From positions 256,001 to 320,000 of the forward strand of contig CAVRCI010000002.1 of NCBI GenBank assembly GCA_963719495.1: a stretch of DNA of 64,000 bases. The letters run 5' to 3'. Each line of letters opens with the position of its first letter. Positions within the stretch are counted from its first letter, which is position 1. Source of the DNA: an uncultured Verrucomicrobiae bacterium. Lineage in GTDB: Bacteria; Verrucomicrobiota; Verrucomicrobiia; Chthoniobacterales; JAATET01. Made by a program: the position numbers and the translations under genes. The notes under the pieces were generated by a model. The model was given only the letters and a program-made list of their open reading frames with translations, made no database searches and was not told the origin of the DNA. Shown piece after piece: positions 28,980 through 38,634 of the stretch.

Positions 28980-30089
28980 TTGAACCAGACCACGCCCCGC
29001 ATCTTCGTCGCCGCGACGGAGCAGGATACCGGCAAGACGACCACGTCGCTCGGTCTCTACGGCGTGCTGCGGAAGCGGTTCCCGAAGATCGGCTTCATCA
29101 AGCCGGTGGGTCAGCGCTTCACCGAAGTCGAAGGCATGCGGATCGACGAGGATAGCGTGCTCATCCGCGACACCTACGGGACGGACACGCCGATCGCGGA
29201 CATGAGCCCGATCGCGGTGGAACCCGACTTCACGCGGCGATACATCGAGAAGGCGAACAACGATTTTCTGGTCAAACGGATCCGGCATTCGTTCGACCGC
29301 GCGACGTGGGAGAAGGAATTTGCGATCATCGAAGGGACCGGGCACGCGGGCGTCGGGTCGGTCTTCGACCTTTCCAACGCCCACGTGGCGAAGCTGCTCG
29401 AGAGCAAGGTCATCCTCGTGACACCCGGGGGGATCGGACGGCCGATCGACGAGGCGGCGCTCAACAAGGCGCTCTTCGATTCGATGGGCGTCGAGGTGAT
29501 CGGCGTGGTGATGAACAAGGTCGTTCCGTCGAAGATGGATTACATCACGGATTTTGCGAAACGTGGATTCGAGCGGCTGGGCTTGGAATTACTCGGCGTC
29601 ATCCCGCAGGAGCGGTTGCTGGCCGAGCCGACGCTCACGGACATTTGCGCGAAGATTCGCGGCGAAGTGCTCAGCGGCGGCGGCGAGCTTCGGCGGCGGG
29701 TGGCGAACGTCATGATCGGGGCGATGCGCCCAACGAACGTGTTGAGTCGACTCGAGGAGCGAACGCTGCTGATCACGCCGGGCGACCGGGAGGATATCAT
29801 TCTCGCGGCTCACTCCGAGGCGGAGCAGCAGGCGGTGAAGGGTGGAAAATCCATCACCGGCCTCGTGCTGTCCGAGTCGCTTCGACCGACGGGGCCGGTG
29901 GCGAACATCATCGCGAATTCCTGTCTGCCGGTGATCGCTTCGCCGATGGACAGTTACACGATCGCGAGCCGGATCAATGGGATGACGGTCAAGACGCTGC
30001 CCGGCGATTCCGATAAAATCACGCGGATTCAAGAGCTGGTCAGCGAGCACGTCGACGTGGACCGGATGCTCGAGAAGATCGGGGTGTAG
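28980..30089 (+). CDS. BioD-like P-loop + DRTGG domain protein (Pta N-terminal-like)
   Basis: ATEQDTGKTT, GFIKPVG, IIEGTGH, ITPGDREDII. Confidence 0.9.
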   Translation: MNQTTPRIFVAATEQDTGKTTTSLGLYGVLRKRFPKIGFIKPVGQRFTEVEGMRIDEDSVLIRDTYGTDTPIADMSPIAVEPDFTRRYIEKANNDFLVKRIRHSFDRATWEKEFAIIEGTGHAGVGSVFDLSNAHVAKLLESKVILVTPGGIGRPIDEAALNKALFDSMGVEVIGVVMNKVVPSKMDYITDFAKRGFERLGLELLGVIPQERLLAEPTLTDICAKIRGEVLSGGGELRRRVANVMIGAMRPTNVLSRLEERTLLITPGDREDIILAAHSEAEQQAVKGGKSITGLVLSESLRPTGPVANIIANSCLPVIASPMDSYTIASRINGMTVKTLPGDSDKITRIQELVSEHVDVDRMLEKIGV

Positions 30090-30125
30090 GGTGGGCTGGC
30101 CGCCGAAAGGCGTCCGGATTCCGAT

Positions 30126-30251
30126 CCAAACCCTGTCATCCTCGAGCGGAGCGAAAGATCTCTGGCTTCCCAGGGTGGGCGCACCGTGTGAGTGGGGAGG
30201 CAGTAAGTGTGGGCGAGAGATGCTTCGCTTCGCTCAGCATGACGGGGTTGG
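30126..30251. repeat. REP-like element family A, complete two-arm stem-loop between convergent genes
   Basis: CTGTCATCCTCGAGCGGAGCGAAAGATCTCTGG ... GAGAGATGCTTCGCTTCGCTCAGCATGACGG. Confidence 0.88.
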
Positions 30252-30272
30252 GGGAGGGGGCGAAGCGGTCGG

Positions 30273-31313
30273 CTACAGGAGACGGATTTTGCGCTCGGTC
30301 TCCGCGCTCTCGACGGCTCCGAAGACCATTTCGAGGCTTCGGATGTTGTCGGCGGCTTGGGTCATTGGTTGGGTGCCGTTTTCGATGCAGGTGAGGAATT
30401 CGCGCATCAGGCCGGCGTGGCCGTCGTCTTCCGGGTTCCATGTTGCCGGCTCCGGGGTGATGGACTTCGTGGCGCGAAAAAATGCCGGGGCGGCCTCATC
30501 GGATCCGCTGATCCGTTCGATTTGGATCGAATCCCCACCGTCCCAGAGCAGCGTGCCAGCCTCTCCCACGATGCGCCACGCACACTCCCATGTCGTCGAC
30601 AGCCCTTCGGCGCACCATGAGCCGCGGTAATTGAAGACGAGATCGTTGGTGAGTTCGAAGATCGCCATCGCGGACGCGCCGTGCCGATACCAGGACGAGG
30701 CGGGGTTGAATTCGTGGCAATAAACCGACACGGGATCGGCGTCGGTGATGAAGCGGGCTTGGTCGAAGGAATGGATCGCCATGTCGACGAGAAGGACGTG
30801 CTCCATCTCGGCGCGGAAACCGTCGAATCGGGGTCCGAGGTAGAAATCGGCGTTGATCGTGTGCGGTCGTCCGATGGCTCCGGACGCGAGCGCGTCCCGA
30901 ACCGAGCGGATCGCCCGGGCGTAGCGGCGGTTTTGGATGACTGCGTAAATTCGATCGTGGTCGGCGGCGGCCTGGACCATTTCCCGGGCGTCGGTGAGGT
31001 TGTCGGCGATGGGTTTCTCGCCGAGGACGTGGCAGCCGGCGGCGAGCGCGGTGAGGGTGACCTTTTTGTGGACGGCGGGGACGGTGCAGTCGAAGACGAT
31101 GTCGGGTCGGACCTTGGCGATGGCGTCGTCCAGCGAGTCGGTCACGTGCGCGTCGGTCAGGCCGAAGGCGGCGGCTTGGGCGCGGGCGGATTCGACCCGG
31201 AGGTCGACGAGGGCGGAGATCGTGAGGTTGGGGAGGGATTGGGCGGCGGTCAGCCAGACGGACGACATGCCGCCGCAACCAACGAGAATCGCGGAGTGGG
31301 TGTTGTTGTTCAT
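30273..31313 (-). CDS. Gfo/Idh/MocA family oxidoreductase
   Basis: LVGCGGMS, HVLGEKP, QNRRY, DMAIHSFD. Confidence 0.93.
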   Translation of the reverse strand: MNNNTHSAILVGCGGMSSVWLTAAQSLPNLTISALVDLRVESARAQAAAFGLTDAHVTDSLDDAIAKVRPDIVFDCTVPAVHKKVTLTALAAGCHVLGEKPIADNLTDAREMVQAAADHDRIYAVIQNRRYARAIRSVRDALASGAIGRPHTINADFYLGPRFDGFRAEMEHVLLVDMAIHSFDQARFITDADPVSVYCHEFNPASSWYRHGASAMAIFELTNDLVFNYRGSWCAEGLSTTWECAWRIVGEAGTLLWDGGDSIQIERISGSDEAAPAFFRATKSITPEPATWNPEDDGHAGLMREFLTCIENGTQPMTQAADNIRSLEMVFGAVESAETERKIRLL

Positions 31314-31397
31314 GGGGATGGGTTGGTTGGGGTCCCGGTGGAGGTTCTTTCCAAACCCTGTCAAGTTTTGGAGGGGGGCGGTCAGGTGGCTGGTTGG

Positions 31398-32222
31398 CTA
31401 GCGGGTGGTGCAGGCCAGCCAGAGTTTCTGAAGGCGGTTGAGGCGGTAGCGGCGGTGGAAAACCTTGAAGCCGTCGGCTCGCATTTTCTGGAGCGTGCGT
31501 TCGTAGATGGCTCGCATGATCTCGGCCGTGCGGAGCGCGGCGCGGTCTTCGGCGGGGAGGGCGGCGGCGGCGGTGGCGTAGGCTTCGGCGGCCCGGTCGG
31601 CTTGAAATCTGGCCAATCGGAGAAAGTTGGGGGTCACGCGGCCCTCGAGAAGGTCCTCTTCCTTGACCCGGAAGCGGTAGAGGTCCTCGGTTGGCAGGTA
31701 GATCCGGTCGCGGGCGGCGTCTTCCTTCACGTCGCGGAGGATGTTGGTGAGCTGGAGGGCGAGGCCGAGGGATTCGGCGTAGGTCGCGCTCGCGGGGTGG
31801 TATGCGCCGAAGATCCGGATGCTCACGAGGCCGACGGCGGAGGCCGCCCGCCAGCAGTAGGCGCGCAATTCCTCGAAGGTGTCGTAGCGGGTCTGATCGA
31901 GATCCTGCGTCATTCCGGCGACGACTTCGACGAGGAGGTTCGGGTCGATTTCGCGACGGACGAGGAGTTCGCGAAGGTCGTCCGGCAGGTCGTTTGGCCG
32001 ATCCGTCAGGGCGCGACGCCACGCCGCGAGCGCGTGACGTTTTTTCGGGAGTTCCAGCGCTTCCGAGTCGGCGATGTCGTCGACGATGCGGCAGAAGCGG
32101 TAGAAGATGAGCGCGTCTTCGCGGCGGTCGGCGGGAAGGAACGCCAGCGCGAAGGCAAGGTTCGAGTTGCTCTGACCCTCGGCGAGTCCGGCGGCGATGG
32201 GGGCGGGGACGAGGTCCGTCAC
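31398..32222 (-). CDS. Squalene/phytoene synthase family (HpnD-like)
   Basis: YRFCRIVDDIAD, YCWRAASAVG, LQLTNILRDVKED..RDRIYLP. Confidence 0.9.
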   Translation of the reverse strand: MTDLVPAPIAAGLAEGQSNSNLAFALAFLPADRREDALIFYRFCRIVDDIADSEALELPKKRHALAAWRRALTDRPNDLPDDLRELLVRREIDPNLLVEVVAGMTQDLDQTRYDTFEELRAYCWRAASAVGLVSIRIFGAYHPASATYAESLGLALQLTNILRDVKEDAARDRIYLPTEDLYRFRVKEEDLLEGRVTPNFLRLARFQADRAAEAYATAAAALPAEDRAALRTAEIMRAIYERTLQKMRADGFKVFHRRYRLNRLQKLWLACTTR

Positions 32223-33424
32223 GACGGAAGTGGATCGTCATCCGCGAAGGCGCGGACGCCCGGGCGGATGGGGGATTTGTAAAGACAGGCCCACGAGACC
32301 ACGAGCCAGCCGGCGAGGACGCCTTGGGCGACGGCGAGGATGCAGCGACCGGTGAGGGTGGCGATCACATCGTAGCCGAAGGTCGCTGAAAGCAGGGAAG
32401 AGCCGATGGCCAGGATTAGGTTCGCAACGGCCGCGAATGCGAAAAAGAGCAGGAGCGGGAGGAAATGCCGTCGGACTTGTCGGAACGAGTGGCCGCAAGC
32501 CTGGGGGAGGCTGAGATTATGAAAGACGAGGCTGATGGGAATGAGGGCTGTCGCGATGAGGATCGCGGCGAAAATGGGTTGGGTCCAGTCGTCCAGAAAC
32601 GTGTGGATCGCCGCGGCGACGGATGGCGGCAGGTTGGCCGTCGAAGCGATCCAGCGCGGGAGGAGGATCAGCAGAATGGCCAGCAGAAGGTAGATGAGCG
32701 CCCACTTCGAAACGCGTCCGAGTCGGCGGCTCGTGAGGTGAATCAGATCGTGATGATCGAGGTGGGAGCCGCGGAGCCAGAGGTGGGCGATGAGCAGGAA
32801 GTAGGTGAGGAGAAAAAATCCGAGCAGCAGTTCGAACGCAACGGCGGAGAAATTCACGGCCGCTCCTCCGACCACCACCCAATTCTGCGGGAAGACGTCG
32901 GTGAGTTCGGGCAAAAGGAGGAAGACAAACGGTTTGGCGGCGGCCGAGATCGCCGACAAGGCGAGTCCGAGGAAAAGCCAGCCGCCGAGTCGCGGGAGCC
33001 TCCGGAGCAAAGATCGACGCAGCGCACCGAAGACGCCGTCGACGTTGAAAAGGAACCGCAGCGCGAAGAAGGCGGAGATGGGAAACGTCAGCGTGAAGGT
33101 GTGAAAGGTCGAACCGAGCGTATCGAGGGCCATTCGCCACGACCTGGCGACGAGGTCGAGGGCGGGCGGCAGTCGATCGACCGTGAATTCGTTCAGCCAT
33201 CCGGTGAGACTCTCGCCGGAGCGGAGGAAGAGGAGGATGACGGCGGCGGCGTTGAACAGGCCGTAGGCGAGCCCGAAGAAGGCGGGGATGCGCCAGGCGT
33301 CGGGGTGGCGGTGGAGGCAGGCGGCGCCGTTGACGAGCGAGCGGCGGACGGTCGGGTGCGACGCGCCGGTGAGGACGGCGACGAATGCCAACGCGACGAG
33401 CAGGATCGTGAGGTCGCGGGGCAT
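32219..33424 (-). CDS. Polytopic membrane protein of unknown function
   Basis: Many hydrophobic helices; stop overlaps the start of the squalene synthase-like gene. Confidence 0.75.
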   Translation of the reverse strand: MPRDLTILLVALAFVAVLTGASHPTVRRSLVNGAACLHRHPDAWRIPAFFGLAYGLFNAAAVILLFLRSGESLTGWLNEFTVDRLPPALDLVARSWRMALDTLGSTFHTFTLTFPISAFFALRFLFNVDGVFGALRRSLLRRLPRLGGWLFLGLALSAISAAAKPFVFLLLPELTDVFPQNWVVVGGAAVNFSAVAFELLLGFFLLTYFLLIAHLWLRGSHLDHHDLIHLTSRRLGRVSKWALIYLLLAILLILLPRWIASTANLPPSVAAAIHTFLDDWTQPIFAAILIATALIPISLVFHNLSLPQACGHSFRQVRRHFLPLLLFFAFAAVANLILAIGSSLLSATFGYDVIATLTGRCILAVAQGVLAGWLVVSWACLYKSPIRPGVRAFADDDPLPS

Positions 33425-33551
33425 CGCGGCGGAGGATAAGGCGTTGTTCGAATTTCGGAAGTTTCAAAAAGCCGGAGACGCCGCGTTTCGCCCAGCCTGC
33501 CGGGGTTTTGGAAGATGGCGGGTGCCGCCCGTTTCCGATATGGCTTTGGGA

Positions 33552-34121
33552 ATGACGGCGGCGACTTTGATAACGGTGGTGCGGATTCTGCTCATCCCGG
33601 TCTTCGTGCTGTTCGCCGTCTACTACGGGCGGAGCGTGGAGATCGGCGCGCCGGTGGAGGCTTGGCGCTGGGCGGCGATCGCGGCTTTTTTGACGGCAGC
33701 GGTCAGTGACGCGTTCGACGGGTGGGTGGCGCGGCGATTCGATCAGAAGAGCCAACTCGGCGCGGTGCTCGATCCCTTGGCCGACAAGGGGCTGCTACTC
33801 TCGGCGATCATCACGCTGAGCGTGAGTCCGTGGAACTACGCGCTGCCGCTGTGGTTCCCGGTTCTGGTGATCGCGCGGGACGTAGTGATCCTGACCGGCT
33901 GCGTGGTCGTGCGCCTGGTCACGGACCACCTCGAAGTGAAGCCGAGCTGGACCGGGAAGGCGGCCACGGCCCTGCAAATGGTCGCCGTCGCCTGGGTGAT
34001 GCTGCAGATTCCTCACAATGAAGGTGCGGTCTGGGCGGCGGGCGTGTTTACCTTGGCGAGCGGTGCCGTCTACGTGATCCAGGGGATCCGTCAATTTTCG
34101 CACCACGAAGCCACGCCATGA
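33552..34121 (+). CDS. CDP-alcohol phosphatidyltransferase (PgsA-like)
   Basis: SDAFDGWVARRFDQKSQLGAVLDPLADK signature. Confidence 0.93.
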   Translation: MTAATLITVVRILLIPVFVLFAVYYGRSVEIGAPVEAWRWAAIAAFLTAAVSDAFDGWVARRFDQKSQLGAVLDPLADKGLLLSAIITLSVSPWNYALPLWFPVLVIARDVVILTGCVVVRLVTDHLEVKPSWTGKAATALQMVAVAWVMLQIPHNEGAVWAAGVFTLASGAVYVIQGIRQFSHHEATP

Positions 34122-35530
34122 AAACCATCGCCATCGTCGGACGTCCCAACGTCGGGAAATCCGCTCTCTTCAACCGCCTCGCCGGGCGCAACATCTCGAT
34201 CGTTCACGATCAGCCCGGGGTCACCCGCGACCGCATCCATTCGGTCTGCCGGCTGGCGAGCGAGCCGTTCGAAATCGTCGACACGGGCGGCATCGGGGCC
34301 GAGCCCGATCCGGACTTCGCCGAGGAGACGCACTTCGCGGCGGACGTCGCGATCGAGACCGCGGATCTGCTCCTGCTCGTGGTCGATGGTCAACTGGGGA
34401 TCACGCCGCTGGACGCCGAGATTGCGGAGAAGGTGCGCCGTTCGGCCAAGTCGACCGTTTTGGTGGTCAACAAAATCGACACCGACAAGCACAACATGAT
34501 GCTGGGCGAATTCTCGAAGATGGGGTTCGAATTCATCGAAGGCGTGAGCGCCGCGCACGGACGCGGGATCGGGGCGCTGGTCGACCGCGTCGAGGAACGG
34601 GTCGATCTGTCCAGCACCGACGAAGCCCTCGAAGCGGAGGAATTCCCACCCAAGATCGCGATCATCGGTCGGCCGAACGTCGGGAAATCGTCGTTGGTCA
34701 ACGCCCTCCTCAACGACAAACGCACGATCGTGAGCGAGATCGCCGGAACCACGCGGGACGCCATCGACATTCCCTACGAATTCGACGGGCGCAAATTCGT
34801 GCTCGTCGACACGGCCGGCATCCGGCACCGCTCGAAGCACAACACGTCCGTCGAAGTCTTCAGCGTGATGCGATCCGAGAACGCGATCAACCGCGCCGAC
34901 CTCAACATCATCGTGATCGACGCGACGATGGGGGTGACCACGCAGGACAAGAAGATCGCGGGGTTGACGCAGGACGCGAAGAAGGCGGCCATCATCGTGC
35001 TCAACAAGTGGGATCTCGTGCGGCCGCCGGAGAAGGTCGACGAGCGGGAATACCTCAAGGAGAAGCTCGACCGGATCCGGGCGGAGCTGTTTTTCCTGAC
35101 CTACGCCCCGATCGTGGTGATCTCGGCGAAGGATCGCGAAAATTTGCCGCGGTTATTCAACATGATCGAGAAGGTGCGGCAGCACGCGCAGCGCAAGATA
35201 GGGACGGGCGAGCTGAACCGCATTCTCGCCCTGGCCGTCGAGCGCCAGCCGCCGCCGATCCGGAGCGGTCGACGGTTCAAGATTCTCTACGCGACGCAGG
35301 TCAACAAGCCGGATGCGCGGCCCTACGGGCGGGTGGAGTTTTTGCTCTTCGTGAACGATCCGCGGAAATTGTCGGATCAATACGAGAACTACCTGTCGGC
35401 GCGGATCCGCGAAGAGCGCGAGTATCCCGGGCTGCCGATGGCGTTCAAACTGAAGGGGCGGAAGCCGCGGGATCGGACGCTGCCGGGGGCCGGTGGCGGG
35501 ACCCGGAAGAAGAAGGCTGCCGGGGAGTGA
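34118..35530 (+). CDS. der: Ribosome biogenesis GTPase Der
   Basis: Two GRPNVGKS G-domains, PGVTRD / GTTRD, NKID / NKWD. Confidence 0.98.
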   Translation: MKTIAIVGRPNVGKSALFNRLAGRNISIVHDQPGVTRDRIHSVCRLASEPFEIVDTGGIGAEPDPDFAEETHFAADVAIETADLLLLVVDGQLGITPLDAEIAEKVRRSAKSTVLVVNKIDTDKHNMMLGEFSKMGFEFIEGVSAAHGRGIGALVDRVEERVDLSSTDEALEAEEFPPKIAIIGRPNVGKSSLVNALLNDKRTIVSEIAGTTRDAIDIPYEFDGRKFVLVDTAGIRHRSKHNTSVEVFSVMRSENAINRADLNIIVIDATMGVTTQDKKIAGLTQDAKKAAIIVLNKWDLVRPPEKVDEREYLKEKLDRIRAELFFLTYAPIVVISAKDRENLPRLFNMIEKVRQHAQRKIGTGELNRILALAVERQPPPIRSGRRFKILYATQVNKPDARPYGRVEFLLFVNDPRKLSDQYENYLSARIREEREYPGLPMAFKLKGRKPRDRTLPGAGGGTRKKKAAGE

Positions 35531-35590
35531 GCGGGGTGGGGGCTGGCTTGCGTTGCGTTGCTTGGGCTGCGAGGTGAGTGGAGCCCTGAG

Positions 35591-35626
35591 AAGCCAGAGA
35601 TGCTTCGCTTCGCTCAGCATGACAGG
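35591..35626. repeat. REP-like element family A, single arm
   Basis: AAGCCAGAGATGCTTCGCTTCGCTCAGCATGACAGG. Confidence 0.88.
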
Positions 35627-35703
35627 TTTGGTTTGATCGATGGGGCCCCGTTGGGGCATTCCGCCGATTGACTTTCGGCGGCACCAGCCCCTATTTTCCC
35701 GCC

Positions 35704-35853
35704 ATGTCCGAGACGCCTGATTCCGAAGATTTGTTGATTCGCCGTTTGTTGCTGGGGGGAGCGATTTTCGTGGTTGGCGGGGCGCTGACGACGGCGGTGG
35801 TGATCGCGGCGTGCGTCTCCGCGGGGTTCAACGTTCTGAACTGGATGGAGTGA
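35704..35853 (+). CDS. Small single-TM protein (49 aa)
   Basis: MSETPDSEDLLIRRLLLGGAIFVVGG...; preceded by a TTGACT-N18-TATTTT promoter-like motif. Confidence 0.5.
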   Translation: MSETPDSEDLLIRRLLLGGAIFVVGGALTTAVVIAACVSAGFNVLNWME

Positions 35854-36727
35854 CGGGCGCTTCGGGTGCCCGGGCCGTGGTCGCGCAGAGGCAGCCGCCG
35901 ATGATGATGATCTGCCCCGAAACGTAGATCCAGAGGAGGAGCAGCATCAGGCTGCTGATCGACCCGTAGATCTCCGAGTAGTTCATGAACTTCGGGAGCA
36001 GGTTGACGAACGCGACCTGCACGACCTGGAGAAGAATGGCGACCAGTAGCGCCGGCAACCAGACCTGCGAGAAGGTCACCTTCAGGCGGCGACGGGGTGC
36101 GAGCCGGTAGAGCATCGCGAAGGCGTAGAAGAGAACGATGGCGCTCACGAGGTAGCGGGACCAATCGAGGACGGCGAAGATGGCCGCGAGATCGACGCCC
36201 GGGACGGTCACCGCGAGGACTTGCTCGAGGGTCTCCGCGACTTGGCGGACGACCTGGATGATCGCCGGAATGACGATGCCCAGAACGAGCGAGGAGCCGA
36301 TGACGGCGATCATGACGATACTCTTGAGCGGGACCTGCCACCAAGGGATCGGTTCCATTCGCCACGCCTCGTTGACGGCGCGGACGAGCGCCTGGAAAAA
36401 CCGAAGAGCCGTCCAGGTGAGAATGCTGATGGACACGAGGCTGACTTTGCCGCGGACGCGTTCGAGATTATCGACCGAGTTGAAGATCAGATTCCGCTGA
36501 GCTTCGGTGACCGGCGCGAAATTCTCGATTGCGGCCTGGATGTCGCCCGAGTCGAAGAAAAACGACCCGAGCGAGAGCACGAGAGCCGCCAACGGGACAA
36601 TCGAAAAGAGGGCGTAGTAGGCGAACGCCGCCGCGCGCTGTTCGCCGTTGATCTCGCCGTAGAGGATGACCGCCCGGACGAGATTCGCCGGCGGGCGGGG
36701 AAGTCGCTCGACGAAATTGGCGAACAT
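35828..36727 (-). CDS. YihY / virulence factor BrkB family membrane protein
   Basis: AAAFAYYALFSIVP, LYRLAP, YSEIYGSI...LLLWIY.SG.IIIIG. Confidence 0.93.
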   Translation of the reverse strand: MFANFVERLPRPPANLVRAVILYGEINGEQRAAAFAYYALFSIVPLAALVLSLGSFFFDSGDIQAAIENFAPVTEAQRNLIFNSVDNLERVRGKVSLVSISILTWTALRFFQALVRAVNEAWRMEPIPWWQVPLKSIVMIAVIGSSLVLGIVIPAIIQVVRQVAETLEQVLAVTVPGVDLAAIFAVLDWSRYLVSAIVLFYAFAMLYRLAPRRRLKVTFSQVWLPALLVAILLQVVQVAFVNLLPKFMNYSEIYGSISSLMLLLLWIYVSGQIIIIGGCLCATTARAPEAPVTPSSSER

Positions 36728-36754
36728 TCGGGGGGAATCCTACGGCTCCGTCGG

Positions 36755-37570
36755 CTAGGGCCGGACGGCGAGCGGATCGGCGGCCCCGAGGTTGGCGACG
36801 AGTCCGGGTAGCTCGGCGAGGGTCAAGATTTGCGCCGTCGGCGTGACGTCGGCGGTCTCCTCCGAGCCGGGGACTTTGATCCAAATGCTGCGCAGGCCGG
36901 CGTTGGTCGCTCCGGCGATGTCGCGTTCGAGGCTGTTGCCGACCATGACCGCCTCGGCGGGCGGGACGTCGAGTTCGGCGAGGAGGCGGTGGAAAATCTC
37001 CGGTTCGGGTTTGCCGACGTTGTGTTCGCCCGAGATCGCGATGGCGTCGAAGAATCCGCCGAGTCCGCTCGCGGCGATCTTTTCGCGTTGCAGATCCGGC
37101 GCGCCGTTCGTGAGGAGGCCGACCCGGTATTTCGGCGACAGCCGGACGAGCACTTCCATCGCGTCGGGCATCAGGCGGGCGAGGCGGCGGCGGGTTTTTT
37201 CGTAGGAGAGCGCGAGCTGCTCGGCGACGTCCGGACCGTCGAGCTCCTGGTCGCGGAGGGCCGCGTCGAAGACGTTGGTGCGAAATTCCTTCGCCCACGC
37301 ACGCAGGGCCCGAAAGTCGTCGGTGTCGGCGGTGAATTCCCCCCAGAGGCATTCGAAGGGAGAAATCCCGATGCGTTGGCAGAAAGGCCGCACCGCCGCG
37401 GCATTGGCCAGGCGGGGCGCGTGGGCGAGGACGGAGCGGGTGAATTCGGCTTCGTTCGCGCCGAGTTGGGCGAACGCTTTTGCGGCCGTGGCGGCAATGG
37501 CTTCCTTCGACACGGCGGCGTCGACAATGAGCGTGTCGTCGAGATCGAAGAGGACGGCGCGGATGGGCAT
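36755..37570 (-). CDS. HAD-superfamily hydrolase (YjjG-like)
   Basis: VLFDLDDTL, LLTNG, GKPEPEIF, MVGNSLERDIAGA. Confidence 0.92.
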   Translation of the reverse strand: MPIRAVLFDLDDTLIVDAAVSKEAIAATAAKAFAQLGANEAEFTRSVLAHAPRLANAAAVRPFCQRIGISPFECLWGEFTADTDDFRALRAWAKEFRTNVFDAALRDQELDGPDVAEQLALSYEKTRRRLARLMPDAMEVLVRLSPKYRVGLLTNGAPDLQREKIAASGLGGFFDAIAISGEHNVGKPEPEIFHRLLAELDVPPAEAVMVGNSLERDIAGATNAGLRSIWIKVPGSEETADVTPTAQILTLAELPGLVANLGAADPLAVRP

Positions 37571-37663
37571 GCGTTTTGTCAACCAGACCATCGGGGATCT
37601 GCCTAGGGAAAACGTCGAAATTTCCGGATTGCGCGCCATCGGGAGAGGGCGCATCGTCCCGGC

Positions 37664-38260
37664 ATGGTTGCACTCGGTATTCTCATCGGACTCGTCGTGC
37701 TGGCGGCCCTCATCGGGCTGTTCTTCGTCGGCCAATACAACGCGCTGGTCGGCCTGCGCAATCGTTTCAAGAACGCGTTCGCCCAGATCGACGTTCAGCT
37801 CAAGCGGCGCAACGACCTGATTCCCAATCTCGTCGAGACCGCGAAGGGCTACCTGTCGCACGAGCGGGAGACCCTCGAGGCGGTGACCGCCGCGCGGACC
37901 ACGGCGATGAGCGCCGGGTCGAAAGCGGCGGCCGATCCCGGCGATCCCGCCGCGATGCGCGAGTTGGCGGCGGCGGAGAGCGGCCTCAGCGGAGCGCTCG
38001 GGCGCCTGATGATGGTCTCCGAGGCCTACCCCGATCTGAAGGCGAACCAAAACATGATGGCGTTGCAGGAGGAACTCACCTCGACCGAGAACAAAGTGTC
38101 CTTCGCGCGGCAGTCCTACAACGACTCCGTGATGACCTACAACACGAAGCGCGAGGTGTTTCCCACGAACATCGTGGCGGGGATGTTCAACTTCGCGGCG
38201 GCGGAACTTTTCAAAATCGAGGACCCGCGGGAGCGCGAAGTTCCCAAGGTCTCGTTCTGA
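37664..38260 (+). CDS. lemA: LemA family protein
   Basis: N-terminal TM, QIDVQLKRRNDLIPNLVE, EAYPDLKAN, ENKVSFARQSYN. Confidence 0.96.
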   Translation: MVALGILIGLVVLAALIGLFFVGQYNALVGLRNRFKNAFAQIDVQLKRRNDLIPNLVETAKGYLSHERETLEAVTAARTTAMSAGSKAAADPGDPAAMRELAAAESGLSGALGRLMMVSEAYPDLKANQNMMALQEELTSTENKVSFARQSYNDSVMTYNTKREVFPTNIVAGMFNFAAAELFKIEDPREREVPKVSF

Positions 38261-38274
38261 CCGCGCCCGACCCG

Positions 38275-38634
38275 ATGAAGATCTGGCGGTGGGTGGCGGC
38301 GGGCGGGCTGGCGTGCGTTTCGGCGGCTTTCGCCGGGGAGCAAATGAGCGGCGTGGCCGCGGTGATCGTCATGCGGGACGAGGCTCTCGTGATCCGGAGC
38401 GTGCTGCCGGACGGCCCGGCCGAGGAGGCCGGCCTGCTGGCGGAAGACGTGATCCTGGAGATCGACGGCGAGCCCGTCGACGGCGCTTCGCTCGAGCAAT
38501 CGGCCGAGCGGCTGCGTGGCCAGCCCTTTTCGACGGTCGAGCTGAGGGTGCGGCGGGATGGCGGCACGGTGCCCGTCGTGTATCGGGTGATGCGAAAATC
38601 GTTCGAAGTGCCGGATTCCATTCCGCCCAATTAG
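38275..38634 (+). CDS. Small exported stand-alone PDZ-domain protein
   Basis: Signal peptide, then VLPDGPAEEAGL..EDVILEIDG...LRGQPFSTVELRVRR (CtpA-type PDZ). Confidence 0.82.
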   Translation: MKIWRWVAAGGLACVSAAFAGEQMSGVAAVIVMRDEALVIRSVLPDGPAEEAGLLAEDVILEIDGEPVDGASLEQSAERLRGQPFSTVELRVRRDGGTVPVVYRVMRKSFEVPDSIPPN

